Of a DNA stretch of 64,000 nt, positions 49,503 through 60,472 are shown piece after piece. The position numbers and the translations under genes are program-made. Below the pieces are notes generated by a model, which ran no database searches, was not told the origin of the DNA, and was given only the letters and a program-made list of their open reading frames with translations. The DNA is from an uncultured bacterium (GTDB lineage Bacteria; Zixibacteria; MSB-5A5; CAIYYT01). The DNA lies in contig CAVSCK010000004.1 of the NCBI GenBank assembly GCA_963726455.1, forward strand, positions 1,834,641-1,898,640, written 5' to 3'. Positions within the stretch are counted from its first letter, which is position 1. The number at the start of each line of letters is the position of its first letter.

Positions 49503-52500
49503 TCAAGATCCTCTTTCCAATACAAACGACGCCCAATAGTACGGATGCCGCAATCGCAAGCGCGGTGACTCTATCAGACTCAGCTTGGCTTGCCGCAATG
49601 CTCCGGCATATCCAAGGTCGAGATTGCGGTAAAATTCCTTCATCAAAACCGCCGTTGCAAAGTCCTCAACTTCCCAGAGCGATACAACAACATTGTGGCA
49701 ACCGGCCATCATAAATCCTTGAACAAACCCCTCAATTCCTTCCCCCAACTGGAATCGCCCACCCCCTGATTCGCACGACGACAGCACCACCAGATCAGCA
49801 GACAACTTCATTCGCGTCACGTCGGCCAGCGAAAGATAATTGCTCGAGTCCGCGGTCGTGTCGGGCGACAACCAGATTCGCGAACGCAGCGGATCGTCCT
49901 GATTGATCGTGCTGTGCGTTGCGACATGTATTACCTGATATTCGTTCGCCTCCGTCGACATCAGTACTGACTTGGATAGATCCTTCCCGGTCACCATTCG
50001 ACGTCGGTCCGCCGGAAACAACTCTGCAATCCAATCGGCCTCATGCAATGAATAAGGCAATGGCTTCAATTTGTCTGAGGGCGTCGGATCGGCCAGCACC
50101 AGTAGACGCGGTTGCGCAGGGGGCGTAGCGTTCGACTCAGAAATAAACAGTCCCAGATTCGGTGTGTAACTCACTTCGACACGCTCGATCAGATACTTAC
50201 CGTCAATCGTCAATGACTCGAATGGCAATAAGCTCAATGCGCCATCAGGGCAGATGCTCAATCGATCAAGACCAGATAGATCGCCGAGCGGCCCCAACAC
50301 TAACTTTGCCATGGCCTCGGAAGTTCGTCGCAAACTATCAGACAGCGCTTCATCGCTCACTGATTTCTGCAGCAATGCCAGATAACTCGCCAACTCCTCA
50401 GTCAGCTTTTGTCGCGGCTGAAGAGGATAGACCTTGCCTCCATCCTTTGTGATCAATATCAGGACTGATTGCTTCTCCATCAGCAGGAAGTTTACCACCG
50501 CCGACCGTGCGTCTTTCAGAGATGAACTTGCCTGCTGCAAAGTCACCGGCGTTGCAGGCGCAACCCCGATGTTGTGCGGTCCGGACAGACTTTGCCGCAA
50601 CCGAATTTCGGCAAGTGCTGCGTTCAATCCAGTAAGCTTGTCAACCAACGCTTTCTGATCCAGCGAGCTATCCGCCTCGACCAATTCGGCCTCGGCTCGA
50701 TCAATTTTCGCCAGTAATGCCTTTTCCTGCCTGACAAGTTCCGCCGGCAAATGCGCCTCCACACCGTCCGTACCTCGCTGCAACATCTCCAGCCACGATT
50801 GCGATTTGGCCAAATCGACGTAACGCAGCAGCGAATCCAGTGCCGTCGCGCGATTCGATTCTTCGCACCGCCTCGCCAGTATGTCGATGATCGCTTCATA
50901 GATGAACCGGCTGTCTGCTCTTTGAAACGCCCGCAATTCCACGTCGGGAATGCTCCGCCGTGATTGTTCAAGCCTGGAGACCACGCGAGTCAGATACGTC
51001 AATGCCGAATCCTCCTGGCCCCGGTCGTACCAGATCAGACCGGCTACCAAATCAAAGCGCTGTCGGTTCGCATACGTGTTTTTTGCAACCGCTAATTCCT
51101 TCGCAGCCTCCAGATACCGCACGGCTCGTTCCCAATCCCCATTTTGTCTGGCATAGTCGGCGCAAATTATCTCGACATCGAAGTTTCGCTGTTCGTCTGA
51201 TTGTTGCCGCAGAATCGTAAGCACCGAGTCCAACTCCGCCAATGCTCTGTGTCCTATTCCTTGTCTCTGTCTCAACCGCGCTTCCGCAACCATTGCCGTG
51301 ACCAACAACCGCGGATTGTCGTATGCACCCGCAATATCTGTGGCCTGCCGCAAGTATCCATGTGCACTCTGCAGATCATTTGCCGCCAGATAGATGTCTC
51401 CCAGATTCGTCAGCGTCTCAATCATTTCGTTCGGAAGCTTCAATCGCCTTCTGATTTCGAGCGATCGCCGGTAATAACTGATTGCCGATTCGGCGGCGCC
51501 CAGTTGCTGATATACCGTCCCAATATTGTGCAGCGCCATCGCCAATGCCGGCTGATTGCCTGATTTCCTGGCAAGGTCTTCCTCTTCCACGTAGTACTTT
51601 AGCGCCGCTTCGTAATCACCCCGTGATGACTCCAATGCCGCCAAATTCGCCAGTATCGACAAAGTCAATCTGGATTTATCTCTGGCCTCGCCGCTTGTCA
51701 GCGCTGATTGATATAGTTTCGCCGCCCCGTCGATATCACCATTGTCTGAGGCGATCATTCCTTGCGCCTGAAGCAAACGCGCATCTGCTGTGCTGTCACC
51801 GAAGTTTCTCGACAGACTTTCTGCGTTTGTAAGCCATCCCGTCACTTCCGAGTCGGGCCGGCTGTGGCGAAACGCCCCGATCATATTCAGCAGCGATTGA
51901 TAAATTTCCGCCGAGTCTGCCAACTGTCGCCGCAATCGTAGCGCTTCAGCCGCAAAACGATATGATTCCCGCACGTTGTCCAGTGAGAGATGAACCGCGC
52001 TGATATTGTTGAGGCAGTCGGCGACACCCTTTTCGTCGCCTAGCTGATCCTTAACAACTTGCGATGAATCGAAATACGACCCGGCTCTCACGAAGTACCC
52101 TGATTTCTGAAAGTAATCACCTATCAGATTCAGACCTCGCGCCGTGCCATCCAGATCGCCGATCGCTCGTGCAATCACCAGCGACCTGTGCAGCATCTGC
52201 AATGCCTTATCTGGGTTCGCGCCCTGAGTCCGAATGCTGCCGGCATATTGCAGGGCCTTAACCCCGGCTGCCGAATCGCCAAGTTCAAGAAATTGACTCG
52301 CTACGTCCTCGAATGCTTTGGCCACCCTGCCGGTCTCTCCAGCCCTCAGTAGGTCGATCGTTGCCGCAAATTTCTGCTTGATGCTCTCTCTCACCGCGTA
52401 CTTCGTCTCCCGCCACACGCGATACTTGGCAGTCTGCCGCACATAGAACGCATCGCCGTATCGTGTTGCCAGAGCACGCGACCATCTCTCGCACGACTGC

Positions 52501-52721
52501 AAAGCCTGTTCATTTCCAGAATCGAAGTACTTCTCCAGGTCGGCCTGAACGGTCTTGTATGAAGAGAATCGTTGGGTGGAAACCACTGAATCGACTTGCA
52601 CGGAATCGAGCGCCGCATCCGCGGCGGTCGCCGAATGGATGTTGAACAAAGTCGCTGCGGCTGTTATCAATACAACAACCGACGTCGCTGCCAGCAATCG
52701 CCTGTATGCTTCTGGGATCAC
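49503..52721 (-). CDS. TPR repeat + CHAT (caspase-like) protease
   Basis: Tandem TPRs (LNNIS, LHNIG, LTNLG). PDGALSLLPFE, IHVATHS, LVVLSSCESG, SLWEV.D, HPYYWASF. Confidence 0.92.
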   Translation of the reverse strand: MIPEAYRRLLAATSVVVLITAAATLFNIHSATAADAALDSVQVDSVVSTQRFSSYKTVQADLEKYFDSGNEQALQSCERWSRALATRYGDAFYVRQTAKYRVWRETKYAVRESIKQKFAATIDLLRAGETGRVAKAFEDVASQFLELGDSAAGVKALQYAGSIRTQGANPDKALQMLHRSLVIARAIGDLDGTARGLNLIGDYFQKSGYFVRAGSYFDSSQVVKDQLGDEKGVADCLNNISAVHLSLDNVRESYRFAAEALRLRRQLADSAEIYQSLLNMIGAFRHSRPDSEVTGWLTNAESLSRNFGDSTADARLLQAQGMIASDNGDIDGAAKLYQSALTSGEARDKSRLTLSILANLAALESSRGDYEAALKYYVEEEDLARKSGNQPALAMALHNIGTVYQQLGAAESAISYYRRSLEIRRRLKLPNEMIETLTNLGDIYLAANDLQSAHGYLRQATDIAGAYDNPRLLVTAMVAEARLRQRQGIGHRALAELDSVLTILRQQSDEQRNFDVEIICADYARQNGDWERAVRYLEAAKELAVAKNTYANRQRFDLVAGLIWYDRGQEDSALTYLTRVVSRLEQSRRSIPDVELRAFQRADSRFIYEAIIDILARRCEESNRATALDSLLRYVDLAKSQSWLEMLQRGTDGVEAHLPAELVRQEKALLAKIDRAEAELVEADSSLDQKALVDKLTGLNAALAEIRLRQSLSGPHNIGVAPATPVTLQQASSSLKDARSAVVNFLLMEKQSVLILITKDGGKVYPLQPRQKLTEELASYLALLQKSVSDEALSDSLRRTSEAMAKLVLGPLGDLSGLDRLSICPDGALSLLPFESLTIDGKYLIERVEVSYTPNLGLFISESNATPPAQPRLLVLADPTPSDKLKPLPYSLHEADWIAELFPADRRRMVTGKDLSKSVLMSTEANEYQVIHVATHSTINQDDPLRSRIWLSPDTTADSSNYLSLADVTRMKLSADLVVLSSCESGGGRFQLGEGIEGFVQGFMMAGCHNVVVSLWEVEDFATAVLMKEFYRNLDLGYAGALRQAKLSLIESPRLRLRHPYYWASFVLERGS

Positions 52722-52778
52722 ACAGCGAATCTATATTCGCTCACTCAATCTATCAAGGGGAATACTCAGGACGGATCA

Positions 52779-52800
52779 GGGGCACGGTTACCCGTGCCCC
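52779..52800 (-). terminator. GC hairpin after cheW
   Basis: GGGGCACGG-TTAC-CCGTGCCCC; weak U tail. Confidence 0.5.
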
Positions 52801-52812
52801 CGAACCACTGCT

Positions 52813-53319
52813 TCAGAACTGAGCGAGGGTTTTGCGTTCCTCGCCGGAAAGAATCTTTGACAGATCCAGATGGATCAGCAGGCGGTCGTCAAGCTTGGCG
52901 ACGCCGCGGATATATTCCGAATCTATCGAACTCACCACCTCCGGCGGCGGTTCGATTGTCGAAGCCGGAATCCGCAGCACTTCACTAACACTGTCGACGA
53001 CCATCCCCATAATCTGCCCGTCGATATCCACCACGACAATGCGAGTGTTTTTGTCGTGCTCGGCTAACTGCATATTGAAACGTTTGCGCACGTCAATAAT
53101 CGGTATCACCTTCCCGCGGAGGTTGATTATCCCCTCGACAAATTCCGGCGCTCGCGGTACTCGTGTGATATCCACCATGCGGTTGATTTCTTGAACCTTC
53201 AGGATATCAATCCCGAACTCTTCCGTGCCGATGTTGAAACTCACCAACTGCAGAATTTCGTCCGCAGCGCGTGCGGATTTCTGCAGCGAGTCCTTGTCGT
53301 TTAAAGTTGCCATCGTCAT
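52813..53319 (-). CDS. cheW: Chemotaxis adaptor CheW
   Basis: FGIDILKVQEI, GIINLRGKVIPIID, GMVVDSVSEV. Confidence 0.96.
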   Translation of the reverse strand: MTMATLNDKDSLQKSARAADEILQLVSFNIGTEEFGIDILKVQEINRMVDITRVPRAPEFVEGIINLRGKVIPIIDVRKRFNMQLAEHDKNTRIVVVDIDGQIMGMVVDSVSEVLRIPASTIEPPPEVVSSIDSEYIRGVAKLDDRLLIHLDLSKILSGEERKTLAQF

Positions 53320-53328
53320 GACCCTTTC

Positions 53329-55401
53329 TTAAACCCGGACTTCTGTCGTCACCGCGCGTTGGAGACGTTCTAGGTGCGCGATCACGTCGTGCGAGGCCGT
53401 CAGTGCCTGTTCGTAAAGCTTCGTTGCTTTGTCCTTGTCCCCGGAGCTCAACGCCCGCACCGCTTCATTCGCCAGATCATGCACGCGCGCGTGCGGCGCC
53501 GCTATCTCTGCGAATTCCCGCGTGTTCCGGAACGCCGATGCCTCACTGGAATCGTACCATTTGCCGAAGCGGCAGTTGTGAGAATCCACCGTCTTCCAGG
53601 AACTCGTCGCGATGTGTCCCTTGATCACCGGTTTCAGTTTCTCGAGATACACTCGGTGATCATTCTTGGCTACCTCCAGAATACCGGTATTGCCGCCACT
53701 CAATTTGAATTGGGCGACCATATTCCGCATGCCTTCGGCCTGCCGGTTCAGTTCCTCTGCGGCGGTAGCCGACTGTTCGACTCCCGAGGCATTCTCTTTG
53801 GTCACGTGGGCGATGCCTTCAACACTGCGGGCAATCTGCTCGCTGGCTGCCGACTGTTGTTCGGTAGCCGTCGCGATCTGCTGAACCATGTCCTGTACCT
53901 TCTGAGCATAACCGGCAATCTGGTTCAAGCTTTCGCCGGCCCTGTCCGCGAGTTCCAGACCATGCTGCACCTCGTTTATTCCCTGCTCCATCGAAGTCAC
54001 GGCGCCCTTGGTATCATGCTGGATGCCCTTGATCATGTCGGTGATTTCTTTGGTCGCCTTGGTCGTGCGCTCCGCCAGCTTGCGCACTTCGTCCGCCACC
54101 ACTGCAAACCCACGGCCCTGTTCGCCGGCGCGCGCCGCTTCGATCGCAGCATTAAGCGCCAGCAGATTGGTCTGGTCGGCGATATCGTCGATCACGCTGA
54201 TAATCTCGCCGATCTGGTCCGACGACTTGGAGAGTTCCTGAATTGTCTTGGCGGATTCCTGCACCACACTGGCAATTCGATTCATTCCCTCAATCGTCTG
54301 TGACACCACCTGTGTGCCCGTACCGGCGGCGTTAGCCGCTTCCCTGGCCTGGCTGGCTGCCTCACCGGCATTCTTGGCGCTTTCAACTATTGTCGCGGTC
54401 ATCTCTTCGACTGCGCTTGATACTTGCGCCGTCTGCCCGGTCTGCTGTTGCGTATTGCGTGATAGCTCCTCCGAGGTCGAGGCAATCTGTGTGGCGGCGC
54501 TTACCAGTTGCACCGAATTATCGGTCAACAGGCGCACCATGCCCGTAAGATTAGTCACCATCTTCTTGAAAGCGTTGCCGAGTCTATCCCTGTCGGACTT
54601 GGCCTCAACTGTCAGTGTCAGGTCGTTCACGGCGATATTATCCGCCGCTACCGCCAGGCCTCGCATGTATTCAATCAGCCGCCGGAACGATTCCGCCAGC
54701 GTGCCGATCTCGTCCTTCGACTCGTGCTGAATCTCCTGGTCGATATCTCCCAGCGATATTCCGTCCGCAACTTTGCTGACTTCCTGCAGCGGACGCGAGA
54801 TGCTGCGCGATAGAATCATTACGCCCATGATTACCATAAATAACGCCGCGATCATCACTCCCGATGACCACATCATAGCTGAGGAAAACGCCCCTGCCAT
54901 CTTGCGCTTCTCGCTTTCCAGCAGATCCTTGCAGTTCTTCTGGAAACCTCGTCCGGCCGCAACCATATCGTCGTCGATCGCCTTCAGTTCCGGAGTCATT
55001 CCCTTCTGTGAAGTGACACCCATGCGGCGCGACACTTCCACCCACTTCGCGAACGCCGCCTCATACTGGCCGCCGCTGTTCTGCACTTCGTTCAGACTGG
55101 CACGGTCAGCGTCGTTGTCAAGCTTCTGCCGCAACTCGTCGATTCGCGAACGCAGCTCCGTCATCTGATTGCGATTTTCAGTGAGATACTTTTCGTCGCC
55201 GCGAATAATGAAATTCTTTTCGCTGCGCCGCAATTCCAGAGAAAGTTCTGATAGTCTGCTGACCAGCAGCGAATTGCCCGCCGCTTGTCGCATTGTCCGC
55301 AGTCCGCTATAGCCGACATAGCCGACAACGAGGGTCGCCAGAAATACGATTCCGAACCCGATGTAAAGTTTCTGCGCGATCCTCAAATCCCTCCACCTCA
55401 T
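53329..55401 (-). CDS. Methyl-accepting chemotaxis protein with helical periplasmic sensor, HAMPs and C-terminal CZB zinc-binding domain
   Basis: Two TMs. [57 protein letters not shown]. Confidence 0.95.
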   Translation of the reverse strand: MRWRDLRIAQKLYIGFGIVFLATLVVGYVGYSGLRTMRQAAGNSLLVSRLSELSLELRRSEKNFIIRGDEKYLTENRNQMTELRSRIDELRQKLDNDADRASLNEVQNSGGQYEAAFAKWVEVSRRMGVTSQKGMTPELKAIDDDMVAAGRGFQKNCKDLLESEKRKMAGAFSSAMMWSSGVMIAALFMVIMGVMILSRSISRPLQEVSKVADGISLGDIDQEIQHESKDEIGTLAESFRRLIEYMRGLAVAADNIAVNDLTLTVEAKSDRDRLGNAFKKMVTNLTGMVRLLTDNSVQLVSAATQIASTSEELSRNTQQQTGQTAQVSSAVEEMTATIVESAKNAGEAASQAREAANAAGTGTQVVSQTIEGMNRIASVVQESAKTIQELSKSSDQIGEIISVIDDIADQTNLLALNAAIEAARAGEQGRGFAVVADEVRKLAERTTKATKEITDMIKGIQHDTKGAVTSMEQGINEVQHGLELADRAGESLNQIAGYAQKVQDMVQQIATATEQQSAASEQIARSVEGIAHVTKENASGVEQSATAAEELNRQAEGMRNMVAQFKLSGGNTGILEVAKNDHRVYLEKLKPVIKGHIATSSWKTVDSHNCRFGKWYDSSEASAFRNTREFAEIAAPHARVHDLANEAVRALSSGDKDKATKLYEQALTASHDVIAHLERLQRAVTTEVRV

Positions 55402-55533
55402 CCTTCTCTCCTTTCCGGTACTTACGCGATACCGTTTGGCGATTGTGATATTGGTGTGGTTCTTGACGCGTTTCCATCCCCGATAGTCCGGGGCGAGAAC
55501 GCAACGTCAACCCGTTAACTCGCTATCTCCTTT

Positions 55534-55620
55534 TCAAAACGCTACCTGCAAATTCACCAGCCATTCGTTGTTGTCGACTGACTTCGTCTCTTCTCTGTTG
55601 ATTCGAAAATCGGTTTGCAC
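55534..55620 (-). other. 28-codon ORF / porin gene remnant equal to the last beta-hairpin of the 57489-58727 porin
   Basis: GTG CAA ACC GAT TTT CGA ATC AAC AGA GAA...GTA GCG TTT TGA = MQTDFRINREETKSVDNNEWLVNLQVAF, versus porin LQINYQINGEETKSVDNNEWLVNLQVAF. AAGGGAGA lies 10 nt upstream. Confidence 0.75.
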
Positions 55621-55636
55621 TTTCGTTATTTCTCCC

Positions 55637-57400
55637 TTAAGCGTTCACCTTAAAACGGCTCACCATCTTCTGCAACCCTTCGGCCTGCCGGTTCAATTGT
55701 TCAGCAGCGGCTGCTGATTGCTCGACGCCGGTGGCGTTTTCTTTGGTGACCCGGGCGATGCCCTCGACACTGCGGGCAATCTGCTCGCTGGCTGCCGACT
55801 GTTGTTCAGCGGCAGTGGCAATCTGCTGGATCATGTCCTGCACTTTCTGCGAAAAGCCCGCAATTGCGTTCAAGCTCTCGCCGGCTTTGTCCGCCAGTTC
55901 CCGACCTTGCTGGACTTCGTTGATGCCCTGTTCCATTGAGGTTACCGCGCCCTTGGTGTCGCTCTGGATGCCCTTGATCATGTCGGTGATTTCTTTGGTC
56001 GCTTTGGTCGTCCGCTCCGCCAGCTTGCGCACTTCATCTGCCACGACCGCGAAGCCACGACCCTGTTCACCCGCGCGCGCAGCTTCAATCGCTGCGTTCA
56101 ATGCCAGCAGATTGGTCTGATCGGCGATATCGTCGATCACGCTGATAATCTCGCCGATTTGGTCGGATGACCTTGACAGCTCTTGTATCGTCTTGGCCGA
56201 ATCTTGCACGACGCGGGCGATGCGGTTCATGCCTTCGATAGTCTGGGCGACTACCTGCGCGCCCTGTCCGGCGGCATTGGCGGCTTCCTTGGCCTGTCCG
56301 GCAGCTTCACCGGCATTCTTGGAGGACTCCACAATTGTGGCCGTCATCTCTTCAACCGCGCTGGAGACCTGCGCCGTCTGGCCGGTCTGTTCCTGCGATC
56401 CGTGCGCCAATTGCTCGGATGTCGACGCGATCTCGGTCGCGGCGCTAACCAGCTGCGTCGAGTTGTCGGTGACCTGTCGAATTATGTTAGTCAGGTTGTC
56501 GACCATCGTCTTAAACGAATTTCCCAGCACATCCTTCTGCGACTTCGGTTGAACTGTCACCGTCAGATCATTGATCGCGATTCTCTCTGCCACACCTGAC
56601 AATGTCTTCATGTACTCGATCAAGCGTCGGAACGAATCCGAGAGTACACCAATCTCATCTTTGGTATCAATTTCGAGCTTCGCGCTGACATCTCCACCAG
56701 CAACATCAATCGCCGCGGCGGTCAGCGCCCGAATCGGGCCCACGATCTGCCGGATTATCATTGTTCCCAGCACAACCAGAAATATCAGCGTCGCCAGGGA
56801 AATCCCCGCAAGCCACAGGTTACCTGATGACACCTTATCCTTGGCAGCGGCTTCGTTGCCGGTGTTGAAGTCGTTGGCCTGTGTTACCAATCGATCAACT
56901 GCCTGACGATGCTTTTCATACAGGCCTGTCAAGCGCCCATCCATTACATCATTGGCAGCTTTCCAATCCCCACGACGGGCCGCGGGAATCAAGTCACTTT
57001 GGACCATGCTGAAGAAATCCTCAGCCGGTCGGCTGACATCATCCATCAGCGTTCGCTTCATTGTGCCATCTGGAAGTGCCTGGCTCCAATAGTCGCGCCG
57101 AGTATTAAAGTCAGCCTGCAATTGCTTCAAGCGTTCGATCAACGGCGTTGCGGCCTGCGCGTCGCCGGCGCTCGCCAATTCGTGGCAAACGAGGTACGAC
57201 TCGAGTATGTATTCGGGCGGCGGCAGAATATCTGCAATCAAATCCTTGCCCGATACGATGCTCTTGTAAACGGGCCCGTTCACCGCGATTTCATTGCTCA
57301 ATCGCAATGAGACTGTTCCGAAAACCAGAAATCCAAAGAGAAAGACTCCCATCAACAGTAACAGCTTCCCCTTGATGCTTAATTTCTTGAGTAGCGACAT
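55637..57400 (-). CDS. Methyl-accepting chemotaxis protein
   Basis: Two TMs, periplasmic [20 protein letters not shown] sensor, HAMPs, canonical signalling hairpin. Confidence 0.95.
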   Translation of the reverse strand: MSLLKKLSIKGKLLLLMGVFLFGFLVFGTVSLRLSNEIAVNGPVYKSIVSGKDLIADILPPPEYILESYLVCHELASAGDAQAATPLIERLKQLQADFNTRRDYWSQALPDGTMKRTLMDDVSRPAEDFFSMVQSDLIPAARRGDWKAANDVMDGRLTGLYEKHRQAVDRLVTQANDFNTGNEAAAKDKVSSGNLWLAGISLATLIFLVVLGTMIIRQIVGPIRALTAAAIDVAGGDVSAKLEIDTKDEIGVLSDSFRRLIEYMKTLSGVAERIAINDLTVTVQPKSQKDVLGNSFKTMVDNLTNIIRQVTDNSTQLVSAATEIASTSEQLAHGSQEQTGQTAQVSSAVEEMTATIVESSKNAGEAAGQAKEAANAAGQGAQVVAQTIEGMNRIARVVQDSAKTIQELSRSSDQIGEIISVIDDIADQTNLLALNAAIEAARAGEQGRGFAVVADEVRKLAERTTKATKEITDMIKGIQSDTKGAVTSMEQGINEVQQGRELADKAGESLNAIAGFSQKVQDMIQQIATAAEQQSAASEQIARSVEGIARVTKENATGVEQSAAAAEQLNRQAEGLQKMVSRFKVNA

Positions 57401-57488
57401 CTTCTAACGTCTCCTTCGCCATTCATTATAAGTCCCCGCTGTCTTCGTTCCATTTCTAACTGACTTTGTCGTGCTTCTTGTCGTCGTC

Positions 57489-58727
57489 CTAAAACGCGAC
57501 CTGCAAATTCACCAGCCATTCGTTGTTGTCAACTGACTTCGTCTCTTCTCCGTTGATCTGATAGTTGATCTGCAGTTTCGTGTATTTCTTGTCTATAAAT
57601 AGATTCGTGCCGAATGTAATGCGGTTGGTGCGGTCTCCCGCCTTGTTCATATTCGGATCCATCTGTTCGTAGCGGCCCAGCACCTGCAACTCCGGCACAT
57701 ACGGCAGCCCGGTGGCGAATGTGTGCGCCGCCCAGACATGCCAGCCATTCTTGTCCACTGATCCCGTTTGATTCTGAACGTACTCGCCCTCGATTACTTC
57801 GTTCTTCCAGGTCCAGTTGACTGATCCACCCCAGACATCGAGATTCTGCTTGGTCGAATCCGGATCGTTGGTCTTGCCCGCGATCAAGTTCGGAGCCACC
57901 GTGAACATGTTGGCCAGCTTGACCTCAACCCGGCCGACGAAATTCTTGTCGGTGTTGGCGTCCGCGACATTCATACCGGCGCCGTTGAACAAACCTCCCA
58001 CCACTTTCACCGCGTTTCCATTCTTCCACTGATAATTCAAGCCGACGTCACAGCCAACATCGCGAGTCGTGCCATACGACTGTGCTTTGAACGTATTGAC
58101 AAACGGCGTGGCTGAGCCCGACTTAAGAAAGTCCGCGCCGAACTGCGGCTTGAACTGTCCGAAATCAACAAACCAAAACTTGCTCGGCATCAACGTGGCG
58201 TATGCATCCACGAGGCGCACGGACTTGGCAAAATCGCCTACGAAACTGGCCTTGGCCCACTTGCTAAGCGAACCGGCAATCCCGATTTCGGCCTTCTTCA
58301 TGTCGAAAGTCGTGCTCTTGGCAGTTCCCTCTTTGCTGTAATACATCTGCTGAAAATTGCCGCTGAAAACGATCTTGCCGTATCCCGTAGACGCCGGATA
58401 CTTCGGCCGGCCCTTCTCGGCTTCCTTGGCTTCCGTGACTACATTCTGCAACTGAGCCACAACGTCCTCAAGGTTACCCGCAATTTCGTATACGCTCGAC
58501 GGATCGTTTATCGAACGCGCCGGCGTTGCCGCCATGCCTTCCGCGTCGGCAAGCTGCTGAGTCCCCGGTGTCTTCGCCTTCTGTGCATCCACGATCACTT
58601 TCAGCGTGGAATCAAGTTTCGCGATCGCCTGCGACAATTTGTCATAATTCTGGCTTTCAGCGGTCGACGGCGATATCACCAGAAATACCATTAGTGCCGT
58701 CACGATGAATGATGCTGTTGCGCGCAT
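57489..58727 (-). CDS. OprO/OprP-like porin with N-terminal coiled coil
   Basis: Signal peptide. LVDAY..FGQFKPQFG, RDVG, GLFNGAG, GRYEQ motifs. C-terminal Phe. Confidence 0.82.
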   Translation of the reverse strand: MRATASFIVTALMVFLVISPSTAESQNYDKLSQAIAKLDSTLKVIVDAQKAKTPGTQQLADAEGMAATPARSINDPSSVYEIAGNLEDVVAQLQNVVTEAKEAEKGRPKYPASTGYGKIVFSGNFQQMYYSKEGTAKSTTFDMKKAEIGIAGSLSKWAKASFVGDFAKSVRLVDAYATLMPSKFWFVDFGQFKPQFGADFLKSGSATPFVNTFKAQSYGTTRDVGCDVGLNYQWKNGNAVKVVGGLFNGAGMNVADANTDKNFVGRVEVKLANMFTVAPNLIAGKTNDPDSTKQNLDVWGGSVNWTWKNEVIEGEYVQNQTGSVDKNGWHVWAAHTFATGLPYVPELQVLGRYEQMDPNMNKAGDRTNRITFGTNLFIDKKYTKLQINYQINGEETKSVDNNEWLVNLQVAF

Positions 58728-58920
58728 TAGCCGCCCTCTCTTTCATGTTGCCGCCTCCCTGGCGTCTTCAGAGTTGTATTGGTTTTGTCTTTCATTCTTC
58801 ACAATTCTGCCTGACTCGAACCTGAACATCAATTCCCGACTCGTGAACCTGCCTGTAGGCACCTATTTCCGAATTTTCTGTTGTCCGGAACCGTTGTTCA
58901 ATGCGAGATCACTTAATCTC

Positions 58921-60396
58921 TTAGAACCTGTATGTCATCTCCAGCGCCAGCGACAGACGATTATTCCTGAGTTCTTCCGTACTGAGCGCCGACCGGCCGG
59001 GACCCAATCTCAGAGTCGTGACCGGCTGGCTGCCCGGAGTGATAAATGCATTTGAACTTGAGAACTCGTACTTGAGCTCAACTAATCCCTCGAGCCCGTC
59101 CACTATCGCCAGTCTCGGCGCAATCGTAAACGCCTTGATATCCTGTTTAGAGCCGCTCAGATAACCGTCATAGTCTTTCAGATAATCCAGCCGCATCGCC
59201 AGATGCAGATCTTCACTGAGTCCAACGTAGCTCATCAACAGAAATCCGAACCAACGGGCATCACTCCCATTATCCAGAATCTTTGATTCCATTCCGTAAT
59301 TTGCCTCGCCGCCGAACATCAATGACGGTGTCACGTCGTAGTTCAGGCAAAGATCAAGAACGCTGCGACGGCTGTCGGTGCGGTTGTCCTGCTCCGGGCC
59401 CGTAATGGCCGCCAGCCCCGCATACATATTGTCCCGTGGCGTAAACTCCCAGTGCGTACCCCAGGTTTTGCCCGAGTTGTTGTCGGCGCTGACATCCCAG
59501 CCGTTCACGAAAAATGCCGTGGCCCCGATCACCTTCGTGAACTGCGTATGCAGCATTGCGCCCGTCAGATTACCCGGGACTGCGTACTTGGAAACTGCTG
59601 CATAGGAATACTGGTAGCGATCCGGCGCATCAACTGCCTCGAATCCGAACGGCGCATTGAATTTGCCGAACGAGAAAGTCCACTTCTGGTTGGAACCTAT
59701 ATTGTAGAGCACATACCCTTGCTCAAGATCCATGTTGAATTTGCCCGCAGCGTCACCCTTGTACTCGATGTCCGCGCGTACCGTCGCCTTCTCCGCGAAA
59801 TCATGCTGGACGTCCAGCTCCATCTCGTCCACACCGAATGTGCTCCGACTGGCATTGCGGTCATCAACCGCGCTGGCCGCCACAAAACCGAAGACCTCAA
59901 GGCCGGCGACGGGTTTCGCTGTTGCAGACGTTTCATGACTCGGAGCCGCATCTTTCGGATCCGTCGCTTCCGTGTTTACATATTTTTCCAAACGATCGTT
60001 GAGCGAAGTCAGTCCGGCAGTCAGCGCCTCTACCTGCGTTGAGCTTGGCACTGTTGCCGTCACTCCCTGCTCATCCGCAGAGGCCAACTGCTTCGAAGCC
60101 GTCGCCAGCTTGGCCACTTCTATGCGCAGCGAATCCAGTTCCTGACGCAACTGAATCACCCACGGGCTGTTTTCGTTCGTTGTGCTCGCACCCGGTTGCG
60201 CTCCAACCTCGGTGCGCAGTTTCGCTATTTCCGCCGCCCGGGTGGCCGCTTCCTTTTCCACCAGCATCTTCAGATTGGCTTCTATCTTGTCAACCGCGTT
60301 CAATAGCTGCTGAAAATCTTGCGCTTGTGCTGTGATAGTCATTGCCAGCAGCACTGTGACAATGATTCCCCCGAAGCTCAGTAGTCCTCTTTTCAT
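58921..60396 (-). CDS. Outer-membrane beta-barrel porin with N-terminal coiled coil
   Basis: Signal peptide. LEQGYV..FGKFNAPFGFE, VNGWD...DNN.GK motifs. Ends MTYRF. Confidence 0.82.
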   Translation of the reverse strand: MKRGLLSFGGIIVTVLLAMTITAQAQDFQQLLNAVDKIEANLKMLVEKEAATRAAEIAKLRTEVGAQPGASTTNENSPWVIQLRQELDSLRIEVAKLATASKQLASADEQGVTATVPSSTQVEALTAGLTSLNDRLEKYVNTEATDPKDAAPSHETSATAKPVAGLEVFGFVAASAVDDRNASRSTFGVDEMELDVQHDFAEKATVRADIEYKGDAAGKFNMDLEQGYVLYNIGSNQKWTFSFGKFNAPFGFEAVDAPDRYQYSYAAVSKYAVPGNLTGAMLHTQFTKVIGATAFFVNGWDVSADNNSGKTWGTHWEFTPRDNMYAGLAAITGPEQDNRTDSRRSVLDLCLNYDVTPSLMFGGEANYGMESKILDNGSDARWFGFLLMSYVGLSEDLHLAMRLDYLKDYDGYLSGSKQDIKAFTIAPRLAIVDGLEGLVELKYEFSSSNAFITPGSQPVTTLRLGPGRSALSTEELRNNRLSLALEMTYRF

Positions 60397-60446
60397 GTAG
60401 TTTTCTCCTGCCAGGCATTTCGAATAGTTGTCTGTCCTATATCGAG

Positions 60447-60472
60447 TTTCGGCTATTTACCGGCCGCCTTGA
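60447..60472 (-). promoter_or_regulatory. Possible sigma28 (FliA)-type promoter for the porin-MCP-cheW operon
   Basis: Minus strand TCAAG-N14-GCCGAAA, about 50 nt upstream of the porin ATG; one mismatch to GCCGATA. Confidence 0.3.

Noticed and set aside
49503-52721. TPR-CHAT as a Craspase or gasdermin-type immune protease
   Set aside because: No CRISPR, gasdermin or other effector gene is adjacent, and the protein appears to be exported.
53374-54303. 309-aa plus-strand ORF
   Set aside because: Antisense shadow of the MCP signalling domain.
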